A DNA stretch of 64,000 bases. Source: Terriglobia bacterium. Lineage in GTDB: Bacteria; Acidobacteriota; Polarisedimenticolia; Polarisedimenticolales; JAIQFR01. The notes under the pieces were generated by a model. It saw only the letters and a list, made by a program, of their open reading frames with translations. It had not been told where the DNA came from and made no database searches. The stretch lies in contig CAVVHE010000008.1 of the NCBI GenBank assembly GCA_963748015.1, positions 544,001 through 608,000 of the forward strand, written 5' to 3'. This document shows, one piece after another, positions 30,255 to 39,587 of this stretch. Both the position numbers and the translations under genes were made by a program. Numbering within the stretch: position 1 is the first letter of the stretch; each line of letters begins with the position of its first letter.

Positions 30255-30640
30255 GGCTCCATTCCTTTCTGCATCTCGCGGAGCAGGTCGAGAACCTCCG
30301 CAAAGGGCACCCGGCTGAGCGCGGCCTGCGAGAGCAGGCGCTGCGCGGCGTCCCGCAAGCGCTCGAGCTTTTCCCCGGGCGCCCCGACGGGAAGCCGCTC
30401 GCTCACGAAAGTCCCTCGCCCCCGCTGCGTCTCGATCAGCCCCTGTTGCTCCAGCTCGTCGTATGCCTTCTTCACGGTCAACGGTGCGATCACGAGTGCC
30501 TCCGCCAGGTCCCGGTGCGAGAGCAGCTTCTCGCCCGGCGCGAGGCGTCCGCCGGCGATCGCGTCGAGGATCTGGCGGACGATTTGCCGGTAGATCGGGA
30601 GCTCGTCTCCGGGATGGACGTGGATTTGCATGGCCATCAT
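30251..30640 (-). CDS. GntR family regulator (YtrA subfamily)
   Basis: PIYRQIV...LAPGEKL...TVKKAYDELEQQGLIETQRGRGTFV; short C-terminus; precedes an ABC ATPase. Confidence 0.95.
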   Translation of the reverse strand: MMAMQIHVHPGDELPIYRQIVRQILDAIAGGRLAPGEKLLSHRDLAEALVIAPLTVKKAYDELEQQGLIETQRGRGTFVSERLPVGAPGEKLERLRDAAQRLLSQAALSRVPFAEVLDLLREMQKGMEP

Positions 30641-30644
30641 CGCC

Positions 30645-31478
30645 TCATCTCGGCCCGGCGTTGTGGCTGGCCTCGCCCACCGGGCGCGGCCCGGCGCTGC
30701 GCGGGCTCCTGACGCGGACCGCGACGACCGTGAGGTCGTCCGCGGAGGCGCCGCCGCAGAAAGCCGTCGCCTCGTCCGCGACGGCGCGGACGAGGGCGCC
30801 CGCCCTGAGGTCCCGGTGGGCCTCGAGCGAGGAGAGGAGAAGGTCGCCGAACGTCTCGCCGCGAGCGTCCACGGCCTCCGTGACGCCGTCGCTGACGACG
30901 AGAAGGAGATCGCCCTCGGCGAGCGCCGTTTCAGCGGTCGCGCAGGTCCAGTCCTCGAACAGGCCCAGGACGGTCGCGGTCGGCTCGAGCCGCTCGGGGC
31001 GGAGGCCGGAGCGCAGGAGGAGGGGAGGAACGTGGCCGCAGTTGGCGTACCGGAGGCGGCCGGTGGCGTCGTCGTACTCCCCGACGAAGAGGCTGGCGTA
31101 GTGCTCGGAGGCCGTGCACTCGACGAAGAAGCGGTTGACGGATTCGAGGCGCCGCTCGAGCCCGCCCGACGCCAGCGCGTAGTGGCTGCGCAGGCTCGCC
31201 TGGAGCGTCGCCATCATGAGGGCCGCTGGAACGCCCTTCCCGGAAACGTCGCCGAGAACCACGGCGACGCGACCCGGCGCCACGTCGAGGAAGTCGTAGA
31301 AATCGCCTCCGACCCCCCGCTCCTGGAGGCAGAGCCCCGCACGCTCCAGCCGTCCGGCTCCCGCCGCGACGCTCGGCAGCAGCCGGGACTGCACGCGTCG
31401 AGCCGACCGCATCTCGTCCGCGTGCGACCACCCCGGTCCGGGCCTCGTAGCCGCCGCACTCGATGGGAGAGGAGCCAT
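30645..31478 (-). CDS. PP2C / SpoIIE (RsbU-like) protein phosphatase, stand-alone
   Basis: VGGDFYDF, GDVSGKGVPAA, YANCGHVPP, SDGVTEA and DDLT motifs. ATG at 31478 follows GGAGG. Confidence 0.93.
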   Translation of the reverse strand: MAPLPSSAAATRPGPGWSHADEMRSARRVQSRLLPSVAAGAGRLERAGLCLQERGVGGDFYDFLDVAPGRVAVVLGDVSGKGVPAALMMATLQASLRSHYALASGGLERRLESVNRFFVECTASEHYASLFVGEYDDATGRLRYANCGHVPPLLLRSGLRPERLEPTATVLGLFEDWTCATAETALAEGDLLLVVSDGVTEAVDARGETFGDLLLSSLEAHRDLRAGALVRAVADEATAFCGGASADDLTVVAVRVRSPRSAGPRPVGEASHNAGPR

Positions 31479-31488
31479 CTCGACCTCC

Positions 31489-31537
31489 TGTGACCTAGTG
31501 ACATAGAACACTATATCGCCAATTCACAGGATGTCAA
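31489..31537 (-). promoter_or_regulatory. Sigma70 promoter with a downstream imperfect palindrome (candidate GntR/YtrA operator)
   Basis: TTGACA(31537-31532)-N16-TATAGT(31515-31510), followed by TGTTCTATGTCACTAGGTCACA. Confidence 0.65.
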
Positions 31538-31586
31538 GAACTTTCTTTCGGGTGGAAAGCGACCCCGGAAAGGCCCCGCCGGCCGG

Positions 31587-31620
31587 AAACAAGAAGGGGC
31601 GCCTCCGAGGAGGCGCCCCT
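31587..31620 (-). terminator. Intrinsic terminator after the RRM gene
   Basis: AGGGGCGCCTCC-tc-GGAGGCGCCCCT followed by TCTTGTTT on the minus strand. Confidence 0.8.
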
Positions 31621-31648
31621 GAGCAGAATCGCTGTCCAGCCGGCGGGA

Positions 31649-31984
31649 CTAGAAGCGACGGTTGCCGCCGCCGCCACCGCCACGGCCGCGTCCGCCGCCA
31701 CCGCCGCCACCAAAGCCGCCGCCACCGCCGCCGGTGCGCTCGCGCGCCTCGTTCACGGTCAGGGCGCGGCCGCCGAAATCGGCGCCGTTGAGGTCGCGGA
31801 TCGCGCTGTCGGCATCCTCGTTGCTGCCCATCTCGACGAAGCCGAAGCCCCTCGGCCGTCCGGTGTCGCGGTCGGTCACGAGCTTGACCTCGCTGACCGT
31901 GCGCCCACCCTGGGCGAAGAGGTCGCGGATCTGGTTCTCATCCGCGCTGAAAGGGAGGTTGCCGACGTAGAGTCTGGTACCCAT
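31649..31984 (-). CDS. RRM (RNP-1) RNA-binding protein with Gly-rich tail
   Basis: RNP2 LYVGNL, RNP1 RGFGFVEM, LTVNEAR, G-rich C-terminus. Confidence 0.97.
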   Translation of the reverse strand: MGTRLYVGNLPFSADENQIRDLFAQGGRTVSEVKLVTDRDTGRPRGFGFVEMGSNEDADSAIRDLNGADFGGRALTVNEARERTGGGGGGFGGGGGGGRGRGGGGGGNRRF

Positions 31985-32138
31985 GTCTCGAACTCCTGGC
32001 GCTCCTATGGCGCCGATCTCGGGTTCCGGCCGCCAACCCGATCCGACGGGTCGGTCACGCGTGCCTCAGCGCGTCATCGGCCTTGGCACGTCATACTTTC
32101 GTTTCTGTACGAGAGGATGCCGACCAGAACCTACGAAT

Positions 32139-32167
32139 AAATTAAACGAAGGCCGGATTCTTGTCAA
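32139..32167 (-). promoter_or_regulatory. Putative sigma70 promoter of the RRM gene
   Basis: TTGACA-N17-TAATTT in an AT-rich patch, implying a 5' UTR of about 150 nt. Confidence 0.55.
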
Positions 32168-32457
32168 TCCGCTCGCGGCAAACCCGGAAGACCGCCGACC
32201 TTCCCGCCGCGTCCCTCGATCAACCCGTCGGGCGGGAACCCGGCCGCTCCTCGCCGAGGGCTGCCTTCCCGGCCACCCGAGGGGAAGCTTGACAACGGAG
32301 GACCGGGGTGCGATAAAAGAGGAGTGGAATCGTCCACAATTGAACCGGAGCACACCGGCCGGGCGCTGGCGGTAGCGGCGAGAAGCCGCACTTCGACCAG
32401 GCCATCCCGGTGCAGTCACAACTTGCGGGGGCCGTTCCCCCGCATCGGAGGAGCAGC

Positions 32458-32865
32458 ATGAGTCGGCGGTTTCTCACCGTTTTCGTAGTCACCTTCATCG
32501 CGATCCTGGCCACCTCGCTACCTTCCCACGCGCAGAGCTCGAACGGCGCGATCTCCTCGAAGATCCCGTTCGACTTCATGGTGGGCGACAAGACTTACCC
32601 CGCTGGCGAGTACCGGTTCGTGCACCAGCCTCGCGCCGTCCCCGCCTTGCAGATCCAGAGCATCGACGGCAAACTCCACTCGGGCTTGACCGTGGTCACG
32701 CGGCTCGCCAGGCAGCACGAGAGCGATGCCCCCAAGGCGAGCTTCGTCTTCGACACGGTCGGCGAGAAGCACTACCTGTCGGAAATCTGGATGCCCGGCC
32801 AGGACGGTTACCTCCTGCGCGCGGCGACCGACGATCACAAGCACGACGTGGTGGAAGTGAAGTAG
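32458..32865 (+). CDS. Small secreted beta-rich hypothetical protein
   Basis: SD GGAGGAG, signal peptide ending SHA-Q, IPFDFMVGDKTYPAGEY...FDTVGEKHYLSEIW. Confidence 0.85.
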   Translation: MSRRFLTVFVVTFIAILATSLPSHAQSSNGAISSKIPFDFMVGDKTYPAGEYRFVHQPRAVPALQIQSIDGKLHSGLTVVTRLARQHESDAPKASFVFDTVGEKHYLSEIWMPGQDGYLLRAATDDHKHDVVEVK

Positions 32866-32930
32866 AGCGCGGCTGGCCGGAGCCCCACTCCGCCTCGCGC
32901 GGTCCCCAAGAACACACACGCTCGACATTG

Positions 32931-32978
32931 GAGCCGGGGAAGGCCTCTTTTCGGGAGGCCGCCCCGGCTCTTTCTATT
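32931..32978 (+). terminator. Intrinsic terminator
   Basis: GAGCCGGGG..GGCCTC-loop-GAGGCC..CCCGGCTC followed by TTTCTATT. Confidence 0.65.
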
Positions 32979-32999
32979 CCTGAGAGGGGTGATTTCGCC

Positions 33000-33040
33000 T
33001 TGACGCGTCCGCGGGCGGTTGCTATACCTACCGGTAAGTA
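33000..33040 (+). promoter_or_regulatory. Promoter and TetR operator of the efflux operon
   Basis: TTGACG-N17-TATACC overlapped by the near-perfect palindrome TACCTACCGGTAAGTA (33025-33040). Confidence 0.7.
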
Positions 33041-33089
33041 AGCGAGCGCGGGGGTTGGGTCCGTGCCCGCGTGATGCGAGGTGGGCGAG

Positions 33090-33707
33090 ATGTCGGCAGC
33101 CGAGCCAGGACCTCCCGAAACGACGGAACGGGGAGTTCGCGAGCGGCTGCACGCCGCGGCGGCCGAGGTGTTCGCGCGCAAGGGCTACGCCACCACGACC
33201 GTCAACGACATCGTGAGGAGGGCGGGGGTCACCAAGCCCGTCCTCTACTACCACTACGGCAGCAAGGAAGGGATGTACAAGGCGTTTCTCGAGAGCGCGC
33301 TCAGCGACCTCGAGGAACGGGTCGGGGCGGTCGAGACGCTGAGGGGATCCGCGGCGCTGCGCCTGAGCCGTCTGTGCGGGGAGATCTACGCGATCTTCCG
33401 CAGGCACACCGACGCGGTCCGGGTGATGCACGCCATCTACTACGGCCCGCCGCAGGGGGCGCCCTTCTTCGACTTCGACCGCGCGCTGTTCCGCGTCGAG
33501 GACAGCGTCAGGAAGATCGTGCGGCAGGGGCTCGAGGCGGGCGAGTTCGAGGGCGACGACGCGGCGATGACGCGGGCCGTCCTGGGCGTCTGCAACGAGT
33601 GCATCGACATCGAGCTCGCGCATCCCGAGAAGGCGGTAGGCGAGGCGGGGCTCCTCGAGAGTCTCGACGTGGTCCTCAGGGGAATGAAGAGGGAAGGCGG
33701 ACGATGA
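33090..33707 (+). CDS. TetR/AcrR family regulator
   Basis: AAAEVFARKGYATTTVNDIVRRAGVTKPVLYYHYGSKEGMY helix-turn-helix. Confidence 0.95.
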   Translation: MSAAEPGPPETTERGVRERLHAAAAEVFARKGYATTTVNDIVRRAGVTKPVLYYHYGSKEGMYKAFLESALSDLEERVGAVETLRGSAALRLSRLCGEIYAIFRRHTDAVRVMHAIYYGPPQGAPFFDFDRALFRVEDSVRKIVRQGLEAGEFEGDDAAMTRAVLGVCNECIDIELAHPEKAVGEAGLLESLDVVLRGMKREGGR

Positions 33708-34804
33708 ACACGAGAACGAGAGTCGCGGGTGCCGGTCTCCTCCTCGTCGCGGCGGTCCTCGCCGCGGCGTGCGCGTCGCAGGCGGACAACCCCACGGGCG
33801 GCCGGCCCCCGGTCGCGGTCGAGACGGCGGCTGCCGCCGCCGGCACGATCGTCGAGAGCGTGGACGTGGTCGGCTCGCTGTCGCCGAAGTTCGAGGCGCA
33901 GGTCCACGCCGAGTACGCCGGGACCGTGGCGGAGATCTACGTCACCGAGTGGGTCCCCGTGAAGAAGGGGACGCCGCTCGCCCGTCTCGACACCCGGGAG
34001 TGGGGCGCGACGCTATTGGCCGCGAAGGCCGCCGCCGAGCAGGCGGAAGCCGCCGCGCGCCGCGCCGACCGGGAATACGAGCGAGCCCTGAAATTGAAGG
34101 AAGCCGGGCTGATGACCCAGCAGGGGCTCGACGACGCGCTGTCCGCGCGCGACGCCGCGCGCCCCGCGGCCGCGGCGGCGCTCGCGCAGGTCGAGGTGGC
34201 CGAGACGCGCCTCGCGAAGGCGGTCATCCGGGCGCCGCTCGACGGAATCGTCGCCGCGCGCGGCGTCAGCGTGGGCGACTTCGCGGACAAGGCCCCCCTG
34301 TTTCACGTCGTGGACAACCGCCTGCTCGACCTGACGGTCACGGTGCCGTCGGGGAAGATCCGTGGTGTCGCGGTCGGGCAGAAGCTCGTCTTCTCGACGG
34401 ACGCCGTCCCCGGGCGCGAGTTCGACGGGACCGTCGCGTTCGTCAACCCGGTCGCCGACCCCGGCAGCCGCGCGGTCCGGATCCTCGCCGAGGTTCCGAA
34501 CCCCGGAGGCGAGCTGAAGTCGGGGCTGTTCGTCAAGGGCAGGATCCTCACAGGGAACCGCGCCGGAGTGGTCCAGGTACCGAGATCGGCGCTCGTGTCC
34601 TGGGACGTCGTGTCCAGGAAAGCCGAGGTGTTCGTGGTGAACGGCGACGTGGCGAGGCGCAAGAGCGTGACCACCGGCGCTTCGGCGGGGGACGCCGTCG
34701 AGATCGCGTCGGGCCTGGCTCCGGGGGACGTCGTCGTCGTCCGGGGGGCCTTCAACCTCAGGGACGGCGACCGCGTGGCGGTGCCCGCGGCGACGGGGGC
34801 CTGA
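33704..34804 (+). CDS. RND efflux periplasmic adaptor (MFP) lipoprotein
   Basis: ATGA overlap with TetR; lipobox AAAC; VKKGTPLARLD, IRAPLDG and LKSGLF motifs. Confidence 0.95.
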   Translation: MNTRTRVAGAGLLLVAAVLAAACASQADNPTGGRPPVAVETAAAAAGTIVESVDVVGSLSPKFEAQVHAEYAGTVAEIYVTEWVPVKKGTPLARLDTREWGATLLAAKAAAEQAEAAARRADREYERALKLKEAGLMTQQGLDDALSARDAARPAAAAALAQVEVAETRLAKAVIRAPLDGIVAARGVSVGDFADKAPLFHVVDNRLLDLTVTVPSGKIRGVAVGQKLVFSTDAVPGREFDGTVAFVNPVADPGSRAVRILAEVPNPGGELKSGLFVKGRILTGNRAGVVQVPRSALVSWDVVSRKAEVFVVNGDVARRKSVTTGASAGDAVEIASGLAPGDVVVVRGAFNLRDGDRVAVPAATGA

Positions 34805-34807
34805 GCC

Positions 34808-37800
34808 GTGTTCCTCTCCAACCTGTCCATCAAGCGGCCGGTCTTCGCGACCGTCCTCATGCTCGCCCTCGTGACCCTCGGCCTGTTCTCCTACCGCCGC
34901 CTCGCGATCGACCTGATGCCGGACGTCGAGATCCCCGTGCTCTCGATCGTCACCGAGTACCCGGGCGCCTCCCCCGAAGCGGTGGAGCGGGAGGTGACGA
35001 AGCCGATCGAGGAAGCGGTCAACCCGATCTCGGGCGTCAAGCACGTCTCCTCGATCTCGCGCGAGGGGCTCTCGAGCGTCGTCGTGGAGTTCGAGCTCGA
35101 GGTCAAGATCAACGAGGCGTCGCAGGATGCGCGGGCCAAGATCAACTCCGTCCGCAACGAGCTCCCCGACACGATGAAGGAGCCGGTGATCCAGAAGCTG
35201 GACTTCGGCGCCTTCCCGATCGTCTCCCTCGCCGTGCGCTCCACGAGCCTGTCCCCCCGGGACCTCACGACGCTCGCCGACCGCAAGATCAAGCGGCGCC
35301 TCGAGAACATCTCCGGGATCGGGAAGGTGAAGCTGGTCGGCTCGTCCAAGCGCGAGGTCAACGTCAACGTGGACCCGGCGCGGATCGAGGCGATGGGAAT
35401 GGGGGTGGACGAGGTCGTCGCGGGCCTCCGCTCCGAGAACGTCAACACGCCGCTCGGGCGCCTGAACCGGAGCGACACCGAAATGCCGCTGCGCATCGCG
35501 GGGAAGCCGGGGGACGTGTCGGGGTTCGAGTCGATGGTGATCGCGCGCCGCGGCGGTCACCCGGTCACATTGGGCGAGGTCGCCGACGTGGTGGACGGCG
35601 TCGAGGAAGAGCGCTCCTTGGCACTCGTCAACGGGGTGCCGGCGGTCGCGCTCAACATCCTCAAGCAGAGCAAGGCCAACGTCGTCGAGGTGGTGGACGA
35701 GGTCAAGGCCACGATCGAGAAGCTCGAGGAGGAGCTGCCCCCCGGCACCGAGATCAGCGTCGTCCGGGACAGCTCGATCTTCATCCGCGAGTCGGTGGAG
35801 GACGTCCAGACCACGCTCCTGATCGGCGGCCTGCTCACCGTGCTGATCGTCTTCTGCTTCCTGAACTCGTGGCGCTCCACCGTGATCACCGGGCTCACGC
35901 TCCCGATCTCGGTCATCTCGTCGTTCATCGCGATGTACTTCTTCGGCATGACGATGAACACCCTCTCCCTCATGGCGCTGTCGCTCGCCATCGGGCTCCT
36001 GATCGACGACGCCATCGTGGTGCGGGAGAACATCGTCCGGCACCTCGAGCGGGGGGAGGACCACTTCCAGGCGGCGCGCGAGGGGACGTCCGAGATCGGC
36101 CTCGCGGTGCTCGCCACGACCATGTCCATCGTGGCGGTGTTCGTCCCGGTGGCGTTCATGAAGGGGGTCGTCGGCCGGTTCTTCTTCCAGTTCGGGATCA
36201 CGGTGACGTTCGCGGTGCTGGTGTCGCTCTTCGTTTCGTTCACCCTCGATCCGATGCTCTCGTCGCGATGGTTCGATCCCGCCATCGCGGGCAAGGGGAG
36301 GCGCCTGCCCCTGGCGCGCCTACTCGAGCGGTTCAACGACGCCTTCGACCGCACCGCGGACCGGTACAAGACGGTGATCGCATGGGCGCTCGACCACCGG
36401 AAGACGGTGGTCGCCGGCGCGACGCTCGCGTTCGTCGCCGGACTGGGTTTCTTCGCGACGCTGCAGTCGGAGTTCTTCCCCGCTTTCGACCGCGGGGAGT
36501 TCAACGTGCGCTTCAAGACGGCCCCGGGCGCCTCCATCGAGGAGTCCAAGGGCCGGCTCGCGGCGATCCTCGGGGTGCTCGAGGGCTACCCCGAGATCGA
36601 GCACACCTACGGCACGATAGCGGCCGGCGACTCGGACACGGTGCGCGACGGTCTCGTCTACGTGAAGCTCAAGGACCGCTCGGAGCGAAAGAGGAAGCAA
36701 GGGGCGATCGTGTCCGAGGTGCGCGGGCAGCTCGAGCGGATCCCGGGACTCACGCTGTCGGTCGAGGACGATCCCGACCAGATGCAGAAACAGCTCCAGG
36801 TCCTCGTCCGCGGCGACGAGATCCCGCGCCTGAAGGAGTACGCCGCCGCGCTGAAGATCGAGATGTACAAGATCCCGGGGATGAAGGACCTCGAGGCCAC
36901 GATGGAGCAGGACCTTCCGGAGTACCGGCTCGCGGTGAACCGCGAGCGCGCCTCGGAGGCGGGGCTGAGCACCGACAGCCTCGTGCGGACGCTCGGCGTG
37001 CTCGTGGGCGGGCAGGCGGTCTCGACCTACGAGGACGAGGACGGCGAGGCGGTGGACGTGCGCGTCCGGCTTCCGGGCGACCTGCGGCAGGACGTGACGC
37101 AGGTCGCGAACCTGCGGGTGGCCGTGCAGGTCCCCGGGAAGCCCTCCGTCCTGATGCCGATCTCCGACCTGGTCGCGGTGCAGCGGACCGTGTCGGCGTC
37201 GGAGATCAACCGGCGAGACCTCGCGCGGCAGGCGGTCGTCTCCGCCAACCTCGAGGACCTCCCCCTCGGCACGGCCGGGAGCGAGGCGATGAAGGCCGCG
37301 GCGAAGATTCCGATGGCCCCCGGCTACCGGGTCGCTCTCGCGGGAGACACCGAGATGATGGTCGAGTCGTTCACCTACCTCGGCGAGGCGCTGCTGCTCG
37401 CGATCCTCTTCGTGTACCTGATCCTCGCGGCGCAGTTCGAGTCGTTCATGGACCCGCTCGCGATCATGCTTTCGCTCCCGCTGTCGATCGTGGGAATGGC
37501 CGGCATGCTCTTCCTCACGCGGGACACGGTGAACATCATGTCGCTGATCGGCCTCATCATGCTGATGGGGCTCGTCACCAAGAACGCGATCCTCCTCGTG
37601 GATTTCGCGAAGGTGCTCAGGAAGGGCGGGCTCGACCGGCGGGAGGCCGTGATCACGGCGGGCCGCACGAGGCTGCGCCCGATCATGATGACGACCCTCG
37701 CCATGATCTTCGGCATGCTCCCCTTGGCGCTCGGGATCGGCGCCGGGGCCGAGTGGCGCGCTCCCATGGCCCGCGCGGTCGTCGGCGGGCTCATCACCTC

Positions 37801-39211
37801 GACGCTGCTGACGCTTCTCGTCGTGCCCGTCGTCTACACCCTCCTCGACGACCTGGCCGGCTGGATTCGGAAGCGGTGGAGCGGGAAGGCCGCGGCGGCG
37901 TCGGCGCTCGCCGCCGTCCTCGCCGTGGGGACGGGGGTAGCACTCGCGGAGGGGCCTGCGCCGCGGTCCCTGACCCTCGACGAGGCGGTGGCGATCGCTC
38001 TCGAGCAGAACCACGACGTGAAGAAAGCGCACGAGAACCGGAACTGGATCGAGGGAAAATACCTCGAGGAGCGGGCGGCGGCGTTCCCGCAATTGACGAT
38101 CGCGGCCGCGGGGGAGCGTCTCCACGACGAGAGCCAGCGCGCGCTGTTCGGCGCGGAGTTCGGCGGGGACTTCGTCCAGATGTTCCCGGTCGAGCAGGAC
38201 ATCCGGTCGGCGGAGCTCAAGGTCAACCAGCTGCTGTTCACCTGGGGGAAGGTGGGCTCCGCCATCCGCGCCGCGAAGGTCGGGTTCGAGATGTCCGAGG
38301 ACGAGATTCGCCGCGCGCGGCAGGCCGCCCAGCGCGACGCGTCGGCCGCGTTCTACGACGTCCTGCTGGCGAAGGAGCTCTACGCGATCGCGCAGCAGAA
38401 TCTCGAACAGAAGAGCCGGCACCTGGCCGAGGCGCGCCGCAAGCTCGCCCTCGGCACCGCGACCGACTTCGACGTCCTCGCCGCCGAGGTCGCGGTGCAG
38501 AACGCCGTTCCCGAGACGATCCGCACCGAAAACGCGATCCGGGTGACCCAGGACCGGCTCCGGTTCGTGCTGGCACTCGAGGAGGAGGTGGACGCGACCG
38601 GCACGCTCGACGCGCCGCGCGCGCCGGTCCCGTCCTTCGAGGCGGCGCTGGCCGAGGCGATCGTGAATCGTCCGGATCTGCAGCAGCTCGTCCACAAGGG
38701 CACGGCGCAGGAGGCGATCGTGACGATCGCCAAGGCCGGGGACAAGCCCAAGCTCGACTTCCGCGGATCCATGGGCAGGAAGGACTACTACCTTTCGAAC
38801 GTGAGCGCCGGCGGGACGGTCTGGAACGCCGGGATCTACCTGACGTTCCCGTTCTTCGACGGGCTCAGGACCCGCGGCCAGGTCATGCAGGCGCGGAGCG
38901 ACCTCGCAGCCACCGAGATCGAGCAGCGCAAGACGCGCGACGCGATCGCGCTCGAGGTCCGGACCGCGCTCGATTCCGCGATGGTGACCGAGAAGATCGT
39001 GGAGGCGCTCGCCGGCACGGTGACCCAGGCCGAGCGCCTCGTGTCCATGGCGGAGAAGGGGTTCGACCTGGGCGTCAAGACCCGTCTCGAGGTCGACGAC
39101 GCGCAGCTCAACCTCAGATCCGCCCGCGGAAGCCTCGCCCTCGCCCGCCGCGGGTATCTCGTCGCGCGGGTCAACCTCGAGTTCGTCATGGGAGTGCTCG
39201 GGGAGCCGTAG
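34808..39211 (+). CDS. RND (AcrB/AcrD/AcrF family) permease fused to a C-terminal TolC-like outer membrane factor
   Basis: SIKRPVFA, GLLIDDAIVVRENI, GLVTKNAILLV and RLRPIMMTT motifs. Then about 420 aa beginning LTLDEAVAIALEQN and ending YLVARVNLEFVMG (OEP repeats). Confidence 0.93.
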   Translation: MFLSNLSIKRPVFATVLMLALVTLGLFSYRRLAIDLMPDVEIPVLSIVTEYPGASPEAVEREVTKPIEEAVNPISGVKHVSSISREGLSSVVVEFELEVKINEASQDARAKINSVRNELPDTMKEPVIQKLDFGAFPIVSLAVRSTSLSPRDLTTLADRKIKRRLENISGIGKVKLVGSSKREVNVNVDPARIEAMGMGVDEVVAGLRSENVNTPLGRLNRSDTEMPLRIAGKPGDVSGFESMVIARRGGHPVTLGEVADVVDGVEEERSLALVNGVPAVALNILKQSKANVVEVVDEVKATIEKLEEELPPGTEISVVRDSSIFIRESVEDVQTTLLIGGLLTVLIVFCFLNSWRSTVITGLTLPISVISSFIAMYFFGMTMNTLSLMALSLAIGLLIDDAIVVRENIVRHLERGEDHFQAAREGTSEIGLAVLATTMSIVAVFVPVAFMKGVVGRFFFQFGITVTFAVLVSLFVSFTLDPMLSSRWFDPAIAGKGRRLPLARLLERFNDAFDRTADRYKTVIAWALDHRKTVVAGATLAFVAGLGFFATLQSEFFPAFDRGEFNVRFKTAPGASIEESKGRLAAILGVLEGYPEIEHTYGTIAAGDSDTVRDGLVYVKLKDRSERKRKQGAIVSEVRGQLERIPGLTLSVEDDPDQMQKQLQVLVRGDEIPRLKEYAAALKIEMYKIPGMKDLEATMEQDLPEYRLAVNRERASEAGLSTDSLVRTLGVLVGGQAVSTYEDEDGEAVDVRVRLPGDLRQDVTQVANLRVAVQVPGKPSVLMPISDLVAVQRTVSASEINRRDLARQAVVSANLEDLPLGTAGSEAMKAAAKIPMAPGYRVALAGDTEMMVESFTYLGEALLLAILFVYLILAAQFESFMDPLAIMLSLPLSIVGMAGMLFLTRDTVNIMSLIGLIMLMGLVTKNAILLVDFAKVLRKGGLDRREAVITAGRTRLRPIMMTTLAMIFGMLPLALGIGAGAEWRAPMARAVVGGLITSTLLTLLVVPVVYTLLDDLAGWIRKRWSGKAAAASALAAVLAVGTGVALAEGPAPRSLTLDEAVAIALEQNHDVKKAHENRNWIEGKYLEERAAAFPQLTIAAAGERLHDESQRALFGAEFGGDFVQMFPVEQDIRSAELKVNQLLFTWGKVGSAIRAAKVGFEMSEDEIRRARQAAQRDASAAFYDVLLAKELYAIAQQNLEQKSRHLAEARRKLALGTATDFDVLAAEVAVQNAVPETIRTENAIRVTQDRLRFVLALEEEVDATGTLDAPRAPVPSFEAALAEAIVNRPDLQQLVHKGTAQEAIVTIAKAGDKPKLDFRGSMGRKDYYLSNVSAGGTVWNAGIYLTFPFFDGLRTRGQVMQARSDLAATEIEQRKTRDAIALEVRTALDSAMVTEKIVEALAGTVTQAERLVSMAEKGFDLGVKTRLEVDDAQLNLRSARGSLALARRGYLVARVNLEFVMGVLGEP

Positions 39212-39412
39212 CGGGACCGCACGCCTCGGTCACGTCCACCCGAGGCGCCGCGGATTCGGCGGCACCTCGGACCGGGTCGGGAGTCGACGCTCCGCGACGA
39301 ACTCCGAGAGGAGCTCCAGGATCTGCCTCCCGACCGGGAGGAGCGTGCTGCGGCCGACCCGCGCGGCGCGGCTTCTCCTCTCCCGGCGGGACGGGGCGCC
39401 CACCCCGCGGCC

Positions 39413-39478
39413 CTTGACGAATTCTTGATGTCCGGCCACCCGATCCTAACCCAACGATGACGCTCCGCGCGCTATAAC
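39413..39478 (+). promoter_or_regulatory. Candidate KdpE-activated promoter
   Basis: Direct repeats CTTGAC/CTTGAT 11 bp apart (39413, 39424), weaker CCTAAC/GATGAC (39445, 39456), then a -10 TATAAC at 39473. Spacing is OmpR-family-like. Confidence 0.55.
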
Positions 39479-39587
39479 CAACGGTGCGGCCGGAGGAGGC
39501 ACGCAACGATTCCGCGGACAACCGGATGCGGCGGCTTCGCAGCTCGGCATCACGGACACAAGCACCTTCGGTCGAGGGAGTGAAAAC

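Noticed and set aside
31660..31735. GCC/GGC microsatellite-like tract
   Set aside because: It encodes the ordinary Gly-rich tail of the RRM protein.
33071..34804. Apparent long N-terminal extension of the MFP
   Set aside because: The real start is the ATG at 33704 with a lipoprotein signal. The extension is an off-frame read of TetR.
33769..39417. 1882-aa alternative-frame ORF, and similar long Arg/Gly/Pro-rich or antisense ORFs throughout the window
   Set aside because: These are shadow ORFs from high GC3 codon bias. They have no motifs and overlap well-supported genes.
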